Assembly: GCF_018350175.1 (NCBI RefSeq)
Contig: NC_058368.1
Span: 176,762,001 to 176,826,000 of the forward strand
Length of the DNA: 64,000 nt
Direction of reading: 5' to 3'
From: Felis catus
Lineage: Eukaryota
Shown in pieces: positions 51,696-64,000 of this stretch. The position numbers were made by a program, and so were the translations under genes. How positions within the stretch are numbered: position 1 is the stretch's first letter; every line of letters starts with the position of its first letter. The notes beneath the pieces were generated by a model. The model had not been told where the DNA came from, made no database searches, and worked only from the letters and a program-made list of their open reading frames with translations.

Positions 51696-52350
51696 ATATT
51701 AATTTGCTATCGCTGTATAATGAATTAATGTCAGTTTAACAGCTTAAAAGCCACACTCATTTATTATCTCACAGCTCAGTTGGTCAGAAGGCCAGGCAGT
51801 TCTGCTGGGTTTTCTGTTTAGGGTCTCATAAGGCTGAAGTCATCATCTTGGCCAAGCTGGCTCTTAGCTGGAGGATAGGGGCATTTCCAGCCTCATTCAG
51901 GTTGTTAGCAGAATTTACTTCCTTGTACCTATAGAGCTAAAGTACTATTTCCGGTGTGCCTGGGTGGCTCAGTCAGTTGGGCGTCCAACTTCAGCTCAGG
52001 TCATGATCTTGCCATCCGTGAGTTCGAGCCTCACATCAGGCTCTGTGCTGACAGCTCAGAGCCTGGAGCCCGCTTCAGATTCGGTGTCTGCCTCGCTCTC
52101 TGCCCCTCCCCCACTCACGCTCTGTCTCTCTCTGTGTCTCAAAAATGAATAAACATTTAAAAAAAAATTTTTTTAAGAGTTCATACAGTTACAGTATACC
52201 TCCCTAGCTAATCCAGCATAATTTCCCTCACTTACAGTGAATTATGGCATATATTGTAACATGAGCCCAGGAATGAGATCTCATCATATTCACAGGCTCT
52301 GGGGACTAGGATGGGACGTCTTTGGGGTCCGTTTGAGAAATTCTGCCTGC
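51696..52350 (-). mobile_element. MLT1 (E/F-like) MaLR LTR interrupted by a SINE
   Basis: catttattatctcacag, agggtctcataaggctgaa, ctcattcaggttgtt, tctcatcatattcacag. Confidence 0.65.
51953..52172 (+). mobile_element. CAN-SINE with no visible TSD
   Basis: Canonical body, CT tract and A tail. Confidence 0.9.
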
Positions 52351-55300
52351 GTATCTACCATAGCTACCAAGCACCTTCTGAGTGCCCAGCACCACTCTGG
52401 GCACTGTGGAGGAGTTAATACAATCATGGCTGGTCCCTGCTCTCAAGACATTAAGTGTTCCTTTCCCCCGCAAAAATTCCCTTACCGAAGGAACAGCATG
52501 AAGGCTTCAGCTCAAAAAACGGGGCTGCCCGAACCAGAGTTAGTGCTTCAAGTAGTAACATTGGATGTCTACTGCAGGCCAGTCACTGGGCTAAGTGCTT
52601 TACATTCATTACCACATTTAGTCTTCAGAACAACCCTGTGCCCATTTCACAGATGAGGAAATTGAGGCTCAGAGGAATTATAATCATTTGCACAAGTAGC
52701 AGAGCTGGGGTTAAACACTGGTATGGCTGGCCCCAAAATTCATGCCTAAAGTCAGAGGGCCCAAGTTCAAATCCCAGTGCCCTGCGGATCCACTCGGTTA
52801 CCTTCGGCAAATTATTTAAGCACGCACATTATTTCCATTTGCAAATTGGAGATGATAATGATGCTTAAATGATAAAGTTGTTATGAGGATTAGCTAAGGG
52901 ACTGGCACAGAACTAGCAGCAACCAAGCACTTACTATTTTTATGTACAGACAATCAGCAAAGTGACAATCGCCCCAAATCACAAATATTTAGCGCTGGGA
53001 GGGCCCTTTCCATCTTTTTCATTTTGCAGACAGGAAGCAGACCCAGAGAGGAGGGGGACTCCCTAGGTCACACAGGAGCCCACTCTCCCCTCCCCCGCCC
53101 CAGAGTTCTGCAGTTGGCAACACATCGAGTGGGTTCTTCCAGATGTTAGCATCATCGAGTGGGTTTAGAGACAGGGTAGATGTATTTGCCAGGCCCCCAT
53201 CCACTGGGAGAATCATTTGCCTAAAAAAGCTAATGTTTTTAGTTCTTCCACGGAGAAAGTGTGCAATCACCCTGGAATTTTTGTTTCCTATTGGAGAAAA
53301 CCCAGTGTACCGACTGCAGCTGCCAAATAGCAGTGCCCCACAGCGTGTGCTTTAAAGTCCAACAGACCCAGTTGTGTGACTTCCAGCAGATGACATCCCC
53401 CTGCCCCTGCGCCTCAGTTTCTACATCTATAAAATGGGACCATGACTCCCCTTTTACAAGCTTCTTGCCCTTGGATATAGTGGGTTCTCTGTCAAAGTCA
53501 GAACCAGGATCCTGGGATATTCCTTTGGAATGTCTTGGTATTCATATTTGAGAGTCATACATAAATGATCAGTCTGAATATTCAAGTTGAACTGGACTCT
53601 AAATGTAGGCCTTTCTTCAAGGAAAGGAAGGAAAGCAGTAAGTTGTAACTCTTCACTGGATGAAAGGCAAAACCAGCTCTGAAAAAACTTCCCAGGACAG
53701 GGAAGCACTTGAACCGACCCTCTCCCAAGCCCCTGAAAGCTTTTGTGGTTATGTAATCTTCCACCCACGAATTTATGAAAGTGCTCTTCTCAGAGACTCA
53801 GCCCCATTTGCCCTGCTCAGGGTACCGACTTGCAGCTTGGAGTGGTCTGGTCGGGCCCCAGGACCCCTAGAGCATTCCTTCCCGGCCCACCCCTTGGCTT
53901 TTCCTTGAAGCCGAGGCCAACGGCAGGGATACACGGGAGACACATCCCCTCTCCTCGGGGTCAGTTTTCTGCCAGGACTGCCGCGTCAGCAGAACAAAAG
54001 CAAGTCTCATGTTAGCACAAAGGCAGGGGGAGGGGAAAGGAGCCCTGTACAATTTTCCATCCCAGCAAGAGCTGGGGAAGCCAACTTGGCAGAGGATGCA
54101 GCTTGAAAAATAAGACTTACAGTTTGGCCTTCCACCGCTGTGGAAAACAAAAGCCTGCCCATTCCCACCAAAGGCTGTGCTCTCCGCTGAGCACCCTTTC
54201 CACTCCAGGAAAGCTGGCCTGCCGGGGAAGGCTCGGGCTCACCCTCCTTCCCTACAGCTCACACCGAAAGGCATCAGGTGCAGACGAGGGGCCGTTGCCC
54301 AACTGGCATTTCACTCAGAGCCACCGGTCAAGGAGGTACTGGCCACGTGCTTCTGCCCCGCAGCCCAGGGCCTGAGCCAGGTTCCAGTTCTGCTGCGGAT
54401 AGATGATGAGTTAGCCCATTGGAGACGGGTCTTCACAAACTAAGCTGCAGGTTGAGGAAAGAACGTGTGCTCTTAATTGCAGAATATAAGGCCGTATCGT
54501 CTAACCCATGTTTTTTTTTAAGTGATTTACTCTTTTTGTGAGCACCTAGGAAGGGCCAGGCCCTGTGATGCGTGTGTCATGGAGGGTACTACTAAGAAAT
54601 AGGGGCTGCTCTCCCATTTTACAGATAAGGAGACTGAGGATCTGAGAGAGAAATGAATTTCCCAAGGCAGCATAGTCCGTAAGAGACCACCTTGGAATTG
54701 GCCCAGGGCCTCTCTGACTGCAGAGTCTATGGCCTCCCTGGCAGGTGCCACTGCTGCCACGGGGCTTCCTGTCCCCAGACATCTACCCAGAGACTCCTAT
54801 CCCACGGAGGCCACGCAGGGAGGGGAATGGTGCTTTTGTTGTTGTGTCACCGATCCAGGAGACATTGAAGGTGCCTGAGTTCTCCATCCTTCCTCTCTCC
54901 GCCCCTGCAGGCTGGGCCTCGGGTGAATTCTCTTTGGTGGTGGCGCCTCCAGGACCAGCCTGTGCTGTTCCCATGGGCCGGTGCTAGCAGCATGCCCGTT
55001 GTGAATTGTTTGAGTCGGGTCACGATCTCCCCAGTAAGAGGCCTGAACAACCCCACTCTCCACCCTTCCTCTGATTTACAGAAAGGGACGTTATATCAAA
55101 ATGGGACCAAATGTTTTTGCTGTAGGAGATTTCTCTTCACAGGCATGCATTCCTTGTTTTTCCTCAAGGCTCAGGATTCTCCTAGGGGTTCTAAACTGCA
55201 AATGGTCCCACCCATGAGGGTGGTAATGTGATTATCACAGTGACTGGGGGTGGAAAGGGGTTGGGAAGGCTGTGCGCTTTCTCTGGATTTGGGCCATGGA

Positions 55301-56543
55301 TGCTAAACATCCTGCAGGGTGGGGAACCCTCCCACACAAGGAAAGACTGCCCCACCCGAAATGTCAGCAGGGTCCCTCCCTGTTGGGAAACACTGACTCA
55401 GTGCCAAGAGGGCAGCCCCCTGCGCTGGCCCGCAGAGGGCTCACGTGGAGAGTGTTATCTATCAACTGAATAAGAGCAGGGATGCCAGGTTGTAAACCCT
55501 CCCCGCTTGGCTGCGTAATTTACTTTTTTATTGTAAAGGACAAAATTTTCTGATTCCGGAAGCAATGCATGTTTATGGTAGGAAATTTGGGGAAAGTCAA
55601 GGAAGAAAACAAAAAGGCTCTCTCTTCTACCCCTTGGAGACAAGCACTTTGAATCCTGTGATGCATTTTCTTCTCGATTTTTTCTTTCCTAATAGACATG
55701 GTATGTCCGAAGTGTGACTCATGAGCAGAATTAAAACAATCACCATAATAAACAAAGGAGATTCCTTGTTATTAAGGAATATGAGGAAGATGTATTTTAT
55801 CTCACTGTGGGTTGTTGTTTTCTTTCTAATTGGTAGAAATTAAGCAAAACAAAACAAAACAACAACAAAAAAAAAAACACCTCACTATGAGGCCGACCAT
55901 ATCTACCCAATATACTAATTGTGCCCTTTTGCCCAAGAGCAAGTGGTCAGATAATTTTAAATGTTAGATTAGCCACATGGTCTCTTTGGGTGCAAATCTC
56001 CCTTACCAGCTTGCATGGAACATCTCAAAGGCAGTACACTGTCTCCCATCATCATTTCCAGTTCTGTCCTATTACGAAAATTCCTTTGGACCTTTCCTCC
56101 TATTCGGTTCCTGCTCACCCAAGCTCATTCTATGCGGTCTCACCAGAGCAATGTTGGCATGCTGATTGATCTCTCCTCACCCTGCCAGGCTCATGGCCCA
56201 AATTCCTCTCCTTGACCTGCCTCCTCAGGCCAGAAGTAAGTGAAGCTCTCCATAGCTGTCTGTACTCTGCTGTCTGAAACGCTATGGTCCCCCTGTGTCT
56301 TCCTCTTACACCTCCCCCTGGAGACCTCTTGACCCTCTGATAAGCTTGGCAGAGGAGCTTGTCTCCATCTCCCACCTTTTTGGCCCCCCCTTGGTGTCTT
56401 ATTTCTGATTTTGCTCACCCCCTCCCTGTGTGACAGGTCCAAAAGGGTAAGGCCGAGCTGTCTTAATGGTCAGTGCATGTACTTGACCACCATCTGCCCA
56501 TGACTCTCCCCGGTGAGACTCATGGGAACTCACCAATTTGCTT

Positions 56544-56761
56544 AATTTTTTTTAACGTTTATGTCTTTTGGGAGAGAGAGAGAGAGAGAGAGCATGCGCA
56601 TGTACACATGAGTGGGGAGGGGCAGAGCGAGAGAATCCCAAGCAGGCTCTGTGCTGTCAGGGCAGAGCCTGAATTGGGCTCCCTCCCACAAACCATGAGA
56701 TCATGACCTAAGCCAAAATCAAGATTCAGACCCTTAACCGACTGAGCCACCCAGGAGCCCC
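56544..56761 (-). mobile_element. CAN-SINE (antisense)
   Basis: TSD tcaccaatttgctt. Confidence 0.9.
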
Positions 56762-56984
56762 TCACCAATTTGCTTTAAACAAACCTCACCCATAACATTT
56801 TAGCATCTTGGATATTTCCAGACATCCTCAGCGGCATCGTTTATATACTTGTCTTTGCCTGTGACCTGCCCACATGTCACACTAGAAGCTCTGGATATCA
56901 CCGAGCAAGTCATCAATTGATTCTCAGTTCGTTTTCAGTGAAATAGGAAGGCTTGGAACTCTTCTGTTAGAGAGAACTGATTGT

Positions 56985-57035
56985 AAGGAATTTGTCATCT
57001 TGAAGGATTTGTCAATTGAAGGATTTGTCATCTTG
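56985..57035 (+). repeat. Three-copy ~17-bp tandem repeat (aaggatttgtcatcttg)
   Basis: Read directly; small indels between copies. Confidence 0.75.
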
Positions 57036-57765
57036 GCAAGTGAAATCCCCCTTTATACATTCATCAAACGTGAGTGCCATGTGGTGAGGGCACACAATTG
57101 ACTAAGGCCCAGTCCTTCCCTTCTTGTGCAGAGCTCCATGACTAGTAGGAAAGAAGAAGATGTAAATCAACAATGTGATGTGTGCAGTCAGAAAGAGACA
57201 TGAACTCTTAGTCCATTTAAAGTGGGTAAAAAGTTTCCCACTGGGAGAGTGGGTGATGTTAGATGGGGAAGGTTTTCCAGACAGAGAAAAAGACAGAAAA
57301 TAATGAAGACTGTGGAGTATTTGGGGAATGTAAGACTAGACTAGGTGTACGAGGAAAGAGGAAGAAAGGAGACTGAGCTGTTAGGTTGGACATATCAGAG
57401 TGTCCTCTCTACTGCTTGCCCCATCTGAGAACCCTGGAATTGGATCATCAGATCTGACCTACCTTCTTCATCTGGCAGGAGCCCCTTCCTTCCACACGAT
57501 TGGTCCAGCCTCCCTTATCTCACCAGAACTTGCCTAGTCGACCCCAGTCACTCAAGCTCTTGCACTTGATCTGTGAACAAGGCTTTGGAGGACCATGCGT
57601 GGGGTCATCCAGGCCCTGTGGACATCCAACAGGGGATATTAATGGAAGCCAGGAATTTGGGTACCACTCACACCTAACAGAGGCAGCCACATCCACACCC
57701 TCCAGGATTGCTGACAGCTTGTCATTGCTCGCATACAGTGTCATGTGTGCTTTCATTTTCTGCAG

Positions 57766-57842
57766 GCAAAATTCTCTTCCGAAGAAGCCACATCCGGGAT
57801 GTTGCTGTCAAACGCCTGATCCCAATTGATGAATACTGTAAG
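57766..57842 (+). CDS. SH3PXD2B: SH3PXD2B coding exon 4, (G)[25 protein letters not shown]
   Basis: tttcattttctgcag acceptor; 77 nt completing the split Gly codon; peptide visible in ORF 57708..57944; donor GTCGGT at 57843. Confidence 0.96.
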
Positions 57843-58979
57843 GTCGGTCTAAGAAATGCCAACACTTGCCCTGTGTCTCATGTCTTTCATTGGGTTGTGT
57901 GGTTTTTTTTTTTTCTTTCTTTTCCCTTTCTGGCTACAAAATAGTCATCTGCAGTTCGAAGAAATGTAAAAACAGAAAACAACCACCCATGATCCCTCAA
58001 CTCAGAGGCAACAGTTATTAAGGTTCTTATGTTTCCTTTCTATCTTTTCTCTCTACATGCATTTCTTTATGGTTTTGACACTATCCCACGTGTTATTTTT
58101 TTTTGCTCTTTTTTTTCCTTTGATATTGTAATATAAGAATTTCCCCATGCTATAAAAACATTCTCTTGAACCTCCCATAACTGGTTGCATGGTATTCTAC
58201 TGTGTGTGTGAATGTCCCAGAAGTTATTCAGCCAACCCCTGTTGTTGGACAGTGCAGCTGGCTTCCAATCCCTTGAATGTTCTAAACCACAAGGTGCCTG
58301 CCTTTTGGTTGTATTTCGTTTGACTGGACGCTGTGGTTGGGGAAAAAAAGCATGCTTTTCCTCTGTTTAGTTTCCCTTATCTTTAGTATTTATTTCTCTA
58401 GCTTCAAATCACTAGAAGCTCTGATTGGAGAGGGTGGGAAGAGCAAGAAATACTATCACAATGGAGCAGTAAATGCTCTCTCTCCCTAGGATCAGGAACA
58501 AAGCAAGTACATTTTTCTTGCCACTTCTGTTCTACATTTTGCTGGAGGATCTAGCCAATGTAAGCAGACAAAAAAAGAAATAATAAAAGGCATATGGGTT
58601 GGAAAGGAGGAAGTAAAACTGCCTTCCTTCACAAATGACATGATTCTATTGTAGAAAATCTTAAGGGATCCACAAAAAAAAACCTACTAGAAGTAATACA
58701 AAAGTTTAGTAAGATCACAGGATACAAGATCAATATCAAAAATCAATTGTATTTCTAAGCACTAAGCATGAACAATCCAAAAATGAAATTAAGGAAATAA
58801 TTCCATTCTCAATAATATCAAAATAAACAAAATACTTAGGAATAAAATTAATAAAAGAATTACAAGGTTTATACATTGAAACTACAAAACACTTGACAGA
58901 AATTGAACCAGTTCAAAATTAATGGAGAGACATTCCATACTCATGGATTGGAAGATTCAATAGTGTTAAAATGGCAGTT

Positions 58980-59352
58980 GTTACTCAGCCATAAAAAAGA
59001 ATGAAATCTTGCCTTTGCAACGACATGGAAGGAGCTAGAGAGCATATTGCTAAGTGAAATAAGTCAGTCAGAGAAAGACAAATACCCTATGATTTCACTC
59101 ATATGTGGAATTTAAGAAACAAAACAAATGAACAAAGGGGTAAAGAGAGAGAAAGAGAGAGAGGGAGAAATCAAGAAACAGACTCTGAATTATAGAGAAC
59201 AAACTGGTGGTCACCAGAGGGGTGGGAGGGGGAGGGGATGGGTGAAATTGGTGATGAGGATCAAGGAGGGTACTTACGATGAGCACTGGGTGTTGTATGG
59301 AAGTGTTGGGTCACTGTATAACTAACTGGAATTTAAATAAAAACTTTTTAAA
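58980..59352 (+). mobile_element. Carnivore L1 3' end nested in the older L1
   Basis: tactcagccataaaaaagaatgaaatcttgcc...gtcagagaaagacaaatac...gagcactgggtgttgtatggaagtg...ggaatttaaataaaaac. Confidence 0.85.
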
Positions 59353-59551
59353 AATCTAGGAGGGCAAATTAGAATTTGAGTGTTAGGATGAATGTCTTAA
59401 TGAGGACAATATATTGTATATTTGTGTGTGTGTGTATAATATATACACGTGTATGTGTGTGTGTAGAGAAATTGACATGAAAAAGACAAACAACCATATA
59501 GGAAAAATGGATGAAAGACAGGACTAGAAATACAAAGAAAAACAAATCCCA

Positions 59552-59727
59552 GGGCGCCTGGGTGGCTCAGTTGGTGGGAGTCCAACTCTTGGTTTTAGCT
59601 CAGCTCATGATCTCACAGTTAGTGAATTTGAGCCCTGCATCAGGCTCTGTGCAGGGCCCGCTTGGGATTCTCTCTCTCTTCCTCTCTCTCTCTCTGCCCC
59701 TTCCCCTCTCACGCTGTCTCTCTCAAA
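59552..59727 (+). mobile_element. CAN-SINE (older)
   Basis: gggcgcctgggtggctcagttgg head and CT tract. Confidence 0.87.
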
Positions 59728-59760
59728 CTTCCCAATGACCAACAAAACAAAAGATACTAC

Positions 59761-59808
59761 AAATAAAATAAAATAAAATAAAATAAAATAAAATAAAATA
59801 AAATAAAA
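59761..59808 (+). repeat. (AAAAT)n tail microsatellite
   Basis: Read directly. Confidence 0.9.
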
Positions 59809-60204
59809 TGGCAATTCTCCCCCAGTTGACCTATAGATTGAATATAATCTCTGGCAAAATCCTAGTAAGCTTTTTTAGAGAAATTTACAAGCTGATCCTA
59901 AATTGTGTGGAGAAATGCAAGGAACCCAAAATAGCCAAAACAATTATGAAAAAGAACAAAATTAGAGGCTTCTACTATCCATTTTCAAAACTTCCTACAA
60001 AGCTATAGCAATGAAGACAGTGTGGTACTGGCATAAGGATAGGCATGTGGATCAGTGGAACAGAAGTAAGAGGCTAGAAATAAACTTTTGTGAAATTTAT
60101 AGTCAAATGATTTTCAGCAATGATGCCAAGAAATTCAGTAGGAAAAGGATAATCTTTTTAACAGTGTGGGATAATAGGACATCCGTACACCAAATAAAAG
60201 AAAA

Positions 60205-60335
60205 NNNNNNNNNNNNNNNNNNNNNNNNNNNNNNNNNNNNNNNNNNNNNNNNNNNNNNNNNNNNNNNNNNNNNNNNNNNNNNNNNNNNNNNNNNNNNNNN
60301 NNNNNNNNNNNNNNNNNNNNNNNNNNNNNNNNNNN
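60205..60335. other. Assembly gap (N run)
   Basis: 131 N within L1. Confidence 0.99.
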
Positions 60336-62721
60336 TTAGGCAGAGAGTTCCTAGCTGTGACACCAAAAGAGAAAAATTGATAAATGGGACTCATTAAACT
60401 TCCGAACTCTGTACTTCAAAAAGATCCCATGAAGAAAATGAAAACACACACCACAGATTAGGAGAAAATATTTGTAAATCATATCTCTGACAAGGGACTT
60501 GTATTGAGTCTATATGAAGAACTCTTGCAACTCAACAATAAAGATGGCCTGGTTTAAAAATAGGCAAAAGATTTGAATAGAAATTTCACCTAGGAAACAC
60601 ATAAAACACATAACAAGGTGTTCAGCTTCTTTATTCATTAGGCAATGCAAAATAAAACCATAATGAGATACCCTACGCAGCCCTTGGAATAGCTATAATC
60701 AACAAGACAGACAAAACCAAGAGCTGGTAAAGATAGGGAGAAATTGGAGCCCTCATTCTGGAGGGGATACATGATGGAAAGCCACTTTGGAAAACAGTTT
60801 GGCAGTTTCTTCAAAAAGTGAAATTTACCGTATAACTACTCTTTGATATCTACTCAAGAGAATTGAAAAACTATGTCCACACAAAGACTCGGATGTACAT
60901 GTTCTAGCAGTACTAATCCGTAATAGCCCAAAATTGGAAGCAATCCAAATGTCCATCGTCAGGCACATGGATAAAGAAAATGTGGAATAATCATACAATC
61001 GACCATCATTCGACAGTAAAATGCAGTGAAAGACCAATAAATGCTGCAACTTGGATGAATCTCAAAAACATGATGCTGAAAAAAGCCAGATGCAAAAGAC
61101 TACATACTGCATGATTCCATCTACATGAAATGTGCAGAAGAGGCGACTTTACGGAGACAGAAAGCAGATCAGTGGTTTCCTAGGCCTGAAGACAGCATAG
61201 GCAGACATGGACTGCAAATTAGGTGGGGGAAATTTTTGAGGTGATGGAAAAGTTCTAAAACTGGATTGTGGTCATGGTTGCACACTCTGTAATTTACTAA
61301 ATATCATTGAATTGTGCACTTATAATGGGTGGTTCTTATGTACATAAATTATACTTCAATACATCTATAAAAAAATTTAAAGGAGGCAGTGTGGGCATAG
61401 ATGACCCTTGTCTTGGCAGGAGATGTCATGGAAGGGTAGAAAATCATTCCTGATCATTCCTGTCCTCTCTTTACTGGACATAACCTCGTTTCATCCCTCC
61501 AATAACCTTGAGAAGTAGGTTTTACTATTCCCATTGTGTAGATGAGGAAACAGAGGCCCGACAAAGTTACTTACAATGAGAGTATTACAGAGTTTGATGG
61601 TTGAACCCTGGCCTTTTAGGCCTTGGCACTCACGTACCACATATGGCCTCTCTTAAGAAAGTAAAACTTCAAGAGATCAAAATATTCAAGCATATATTTC
61701 ATAGACGTAGATAAACTCAGACTCTTTCTCTCCTAAAGATACCCTTAAAAAAGGATTGGGGAGTGAAGCACAGAGAAGGTCACCCAGGCACAAAGATGCT
61801 ACTACTGCCTCCCAGCTCTCAGAGGAAAGTTCGGATCATCTGTGCTTTGTGTCTTTTCAAACCTCTAGAGCCTAAAAGTCCTTTGTGCCAGCCTTGCTGG
61901 CAAGAACTTTGGACCTCTGGGGTCACCTTGGCCAGCTGGGGATTTCTCAGACCAAATTGTGCTATCCTGCTTCTTCCCCTGCCCACCCAACTCCTCTCCA
62001 GAGTCACACTTTCCTCATACCCAGGGGGTCACAAACCTCTAGACATTTGATTTTGAAAAGGAGATTTAATAAAACCCTGAAACGAACAGATAGCAGCAGC
62101 TGCCTGCGTCTGGCTGATGCTTGGAATGGTACGGAGATCATGAATTCACTTGGATTAGCCATAGGGAAGAAGCCGCTTATGTTGTATGAGCCACATGGAA
62201 GTTACCACCCCCTGCTATTAATGCATCATAAGAAGCAGAGCAGATATTTTGGGGTTTTGGTTGGCCAAATTCCCTGGCTTAGCTTCAAGGGAACTGCCCT
62301 CCTGGAGGGAGATGAAACTATCTATTCACACAGTCTGCAAAATCTTTTACAGACTACATAGACTTATTTAGCATTTGGGTATCTGTTATTGACATTGCTG
62401 TGAGCTGACTTAAGCCAATTTAATCTATCACTCTTAGCCTTATTTTAGTAGAAATTGGTAGTCTCCAATAGGGAAAGATAGACAAAGGCTGTAGGTATCC
62501 CTAGACCTAGTTACCAGCTAGGTCTGCTCTGCTCTGCTAGACCAATTATAAAGTTACAGTACTTAACATAGTATGGTGTTGGCATAAGGAAACAAACCTT
62601 TGGAACAAAACAGAGAATCCAGAAACAGACCTGTGTGTATTTGGACATTTTAATACTGGCAAAGGCAGCCTTACAGGTCATTGAGGAAAGGTTGGATTCT
62701 TCAGTAAATGGGAATCCTTAT

Positions 62722-62932
62722 GGGGCGCCTGGGTGGCTCAGTCGGTTAGGCAGCTGACTTCGGCTCAGGTCATGATCTTGCGGTCTGTGAGTTCTAGCCC
62801 CTCGTCGGGCTCTGTGCTGACAGCTCAGAGCCTGGAGCCTGCTTCATATTCTGTGTCTCCCTCTCTCTGACCCTCCCCTGTACATGCTCTGTCTCTCCCT
62901 GTCTCAAAAATAAATAAACATTAAAAAAAATT
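62722..62932 (+). mobile_element. CAN-SINE within an old L1 fragment (~62540-63190)
   Basis: Perfect 17-bp TSD taaatgggaatccttat. Confidence 0.93.
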
Positions 62933-63765
62933 TAAATGGGAATCCTTATGAGGAAAACAAACAAAAGATAACTAATCCCTGCCTCACACCACACATGTAA
63001 TCATTTCCAAGGAAATTAAAGACCTAAATGTAAGAGGCAATACTATAAATGGCTTTAGAAGGTAAAAATAGGGGGGGAAACTTCATAATCTCTAGGTTTA
63101 GAAGGCTTTCTAAAGGCACAAAGTGCCAACCATAAAGAGATTGATTTATTTGACTACATTAAATTTAAGAACCTCTGTTCATTGAAGAACACAGTGGAAA
63201 CATGCCAAATTCTGCCACATATACAAACATTTATTATCAAGCACCTCCCTAAACAGCCTCTTAAGTCGTTCTGCAAGCTTACTGGAATGCCAACTGTGTG
63301 ACACCACTTCACATGAACGTTTCCTCAAGACAAATGGAATGATTATCCCTATGCCAGGATCAGCTAATCCCACTGGTGATTAGCTGGTGTGACAGTAAAA
63401 TCCCCTAGAAGAAACAGAACACAGTGGATTCAGAATCCTAGACCCGGTGCACCATTTTGGAGGATGGATGTGTCAGGTTCTTTTTATGCAAGGGTTAGAG
63501 TATCTGAGAATATTTCTAGAACATTCTTCATTCCACCAGTAAAGAATTTCATTTCTAACAACTGTTATGCTGGTGGATAAAGGCTATGGTGTTGATCAGA
63601 GGTGAAGACAACAGAAGCCATGAAGTAGCCTTTTCAGGAGGGAGGGCTTGTGATTAGAGTTTTTTACTTGCTAAAAATGATCATTTCTAGTGAAGATGCT
63701 TCAGATTTTAACCATCATTGGAGTGTAGCTTACACACACGTGAGTATGCACACCCATAATGTAGT

Positions 63766-63960
63766 GTTTTGTTTCGTTTTGTTTTTTAAAGAGAGAGCAC
63801 AAGAGGGGGGAGGGGCAGAGGGAGAGAGAAACAGACAGACAGACAGACAGACACAATCCCAAGCAGGCTCCATGCTCATCATGGAGCCTGACACGGGGCT
63901 CAATCCCACGACCCTGGGATCATGACCTGAGCCGAAATCAAGAGTCAGACACTCAACCAA
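63766..63960 (-). mobile_element. CAN-SINE (antisense), 5' head missing
   Basis: T-rich tail, (GACA)n, atcatgacctgagccgaaatcaagagtcagacactcaaccaa; lacks the terminal ctgagccacccaggcgcccc. Confidence 0.85.
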
Positions 63961-64000
63961 TTCTTGATTTTGGCTCAGATCATGATCTCACGGTTGGTGG
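63961..64000 (+). mobile_element. CAN-SINE fragment (sense), 5' head missing, runs off the window
   Basis: ttcttgattttggctcagatcatgatctcacggtt. Confidence 0.75.

Larger units (their letters stand above)
58480..61380 (+). mobile_element. Old L1 (L1M) ORF2 RT region through 3' UTR, decayed, with a nested insertion and a gap
   Basis: RT-like ggatcaggaacaaagcaag...ttcacaaatgacatgatt; ORFs MAILPQLTYRLN.. and MKTVWYWHKDRHVDQWNR are ORF2 motifs; L1M-type 3' end. Confidence 0.9.

Noticed and set aside
53123-53165. 13-bp direct repeat catcgagtgggtt, with similar short duplications at ~23844-23890 and ~30318-30339
   Set aside because: Isolated two-copy local duplications consistent with slippage; no wider pattern.
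58480-61380. Reverse-transcriptase-like peptides as an active element
   Set aside because: Multiple frameshifts and stops, 5' truncation and a nested insertion mark a dead L1.

Overview
Mammalian genomic DNA from a felid (inferred from dense feline-type CAN-SINE/SINEC_Fc elements; species cannot be fixed from sequence alone), with two assembly gaps. The window holds the 5' part of SH3PXD2B (TKS4) on the + strand: a CpG-island promoter (~5340-6120) and coding exons 1-4 (5797-5871, 39747-39827, 51341-51416, 57766-57842). These splice in frame (GT-AG) to residues 1-103 of the N-terminal PX domain, [103 protein letters not shown], and the gene continues past the window. The rest is upstream or intronic DNA rich in CAN-SINEs, L1, L2/MIR, MaLR LTRs and old DNA transposons, plus a degenerate U6 retrocopy. 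Almost all entries in the ORF track are spurious. I found no evidence for a new multi-gene system. The best leads are retrotransposition structures (a candidate L1 3' transduction, a candidate SINE 3' transduction, a collapsed head-to-head SINE palindrome, a close inverted SINE pair), a +4 alternative donor at exon 3 predicted to trigger NMD, and candidate intronic enhancers. Repeat family names come from my recollection of consensus sequences and need RepeatMasker/Dfam confirmation; repeat boundaries are approximate.
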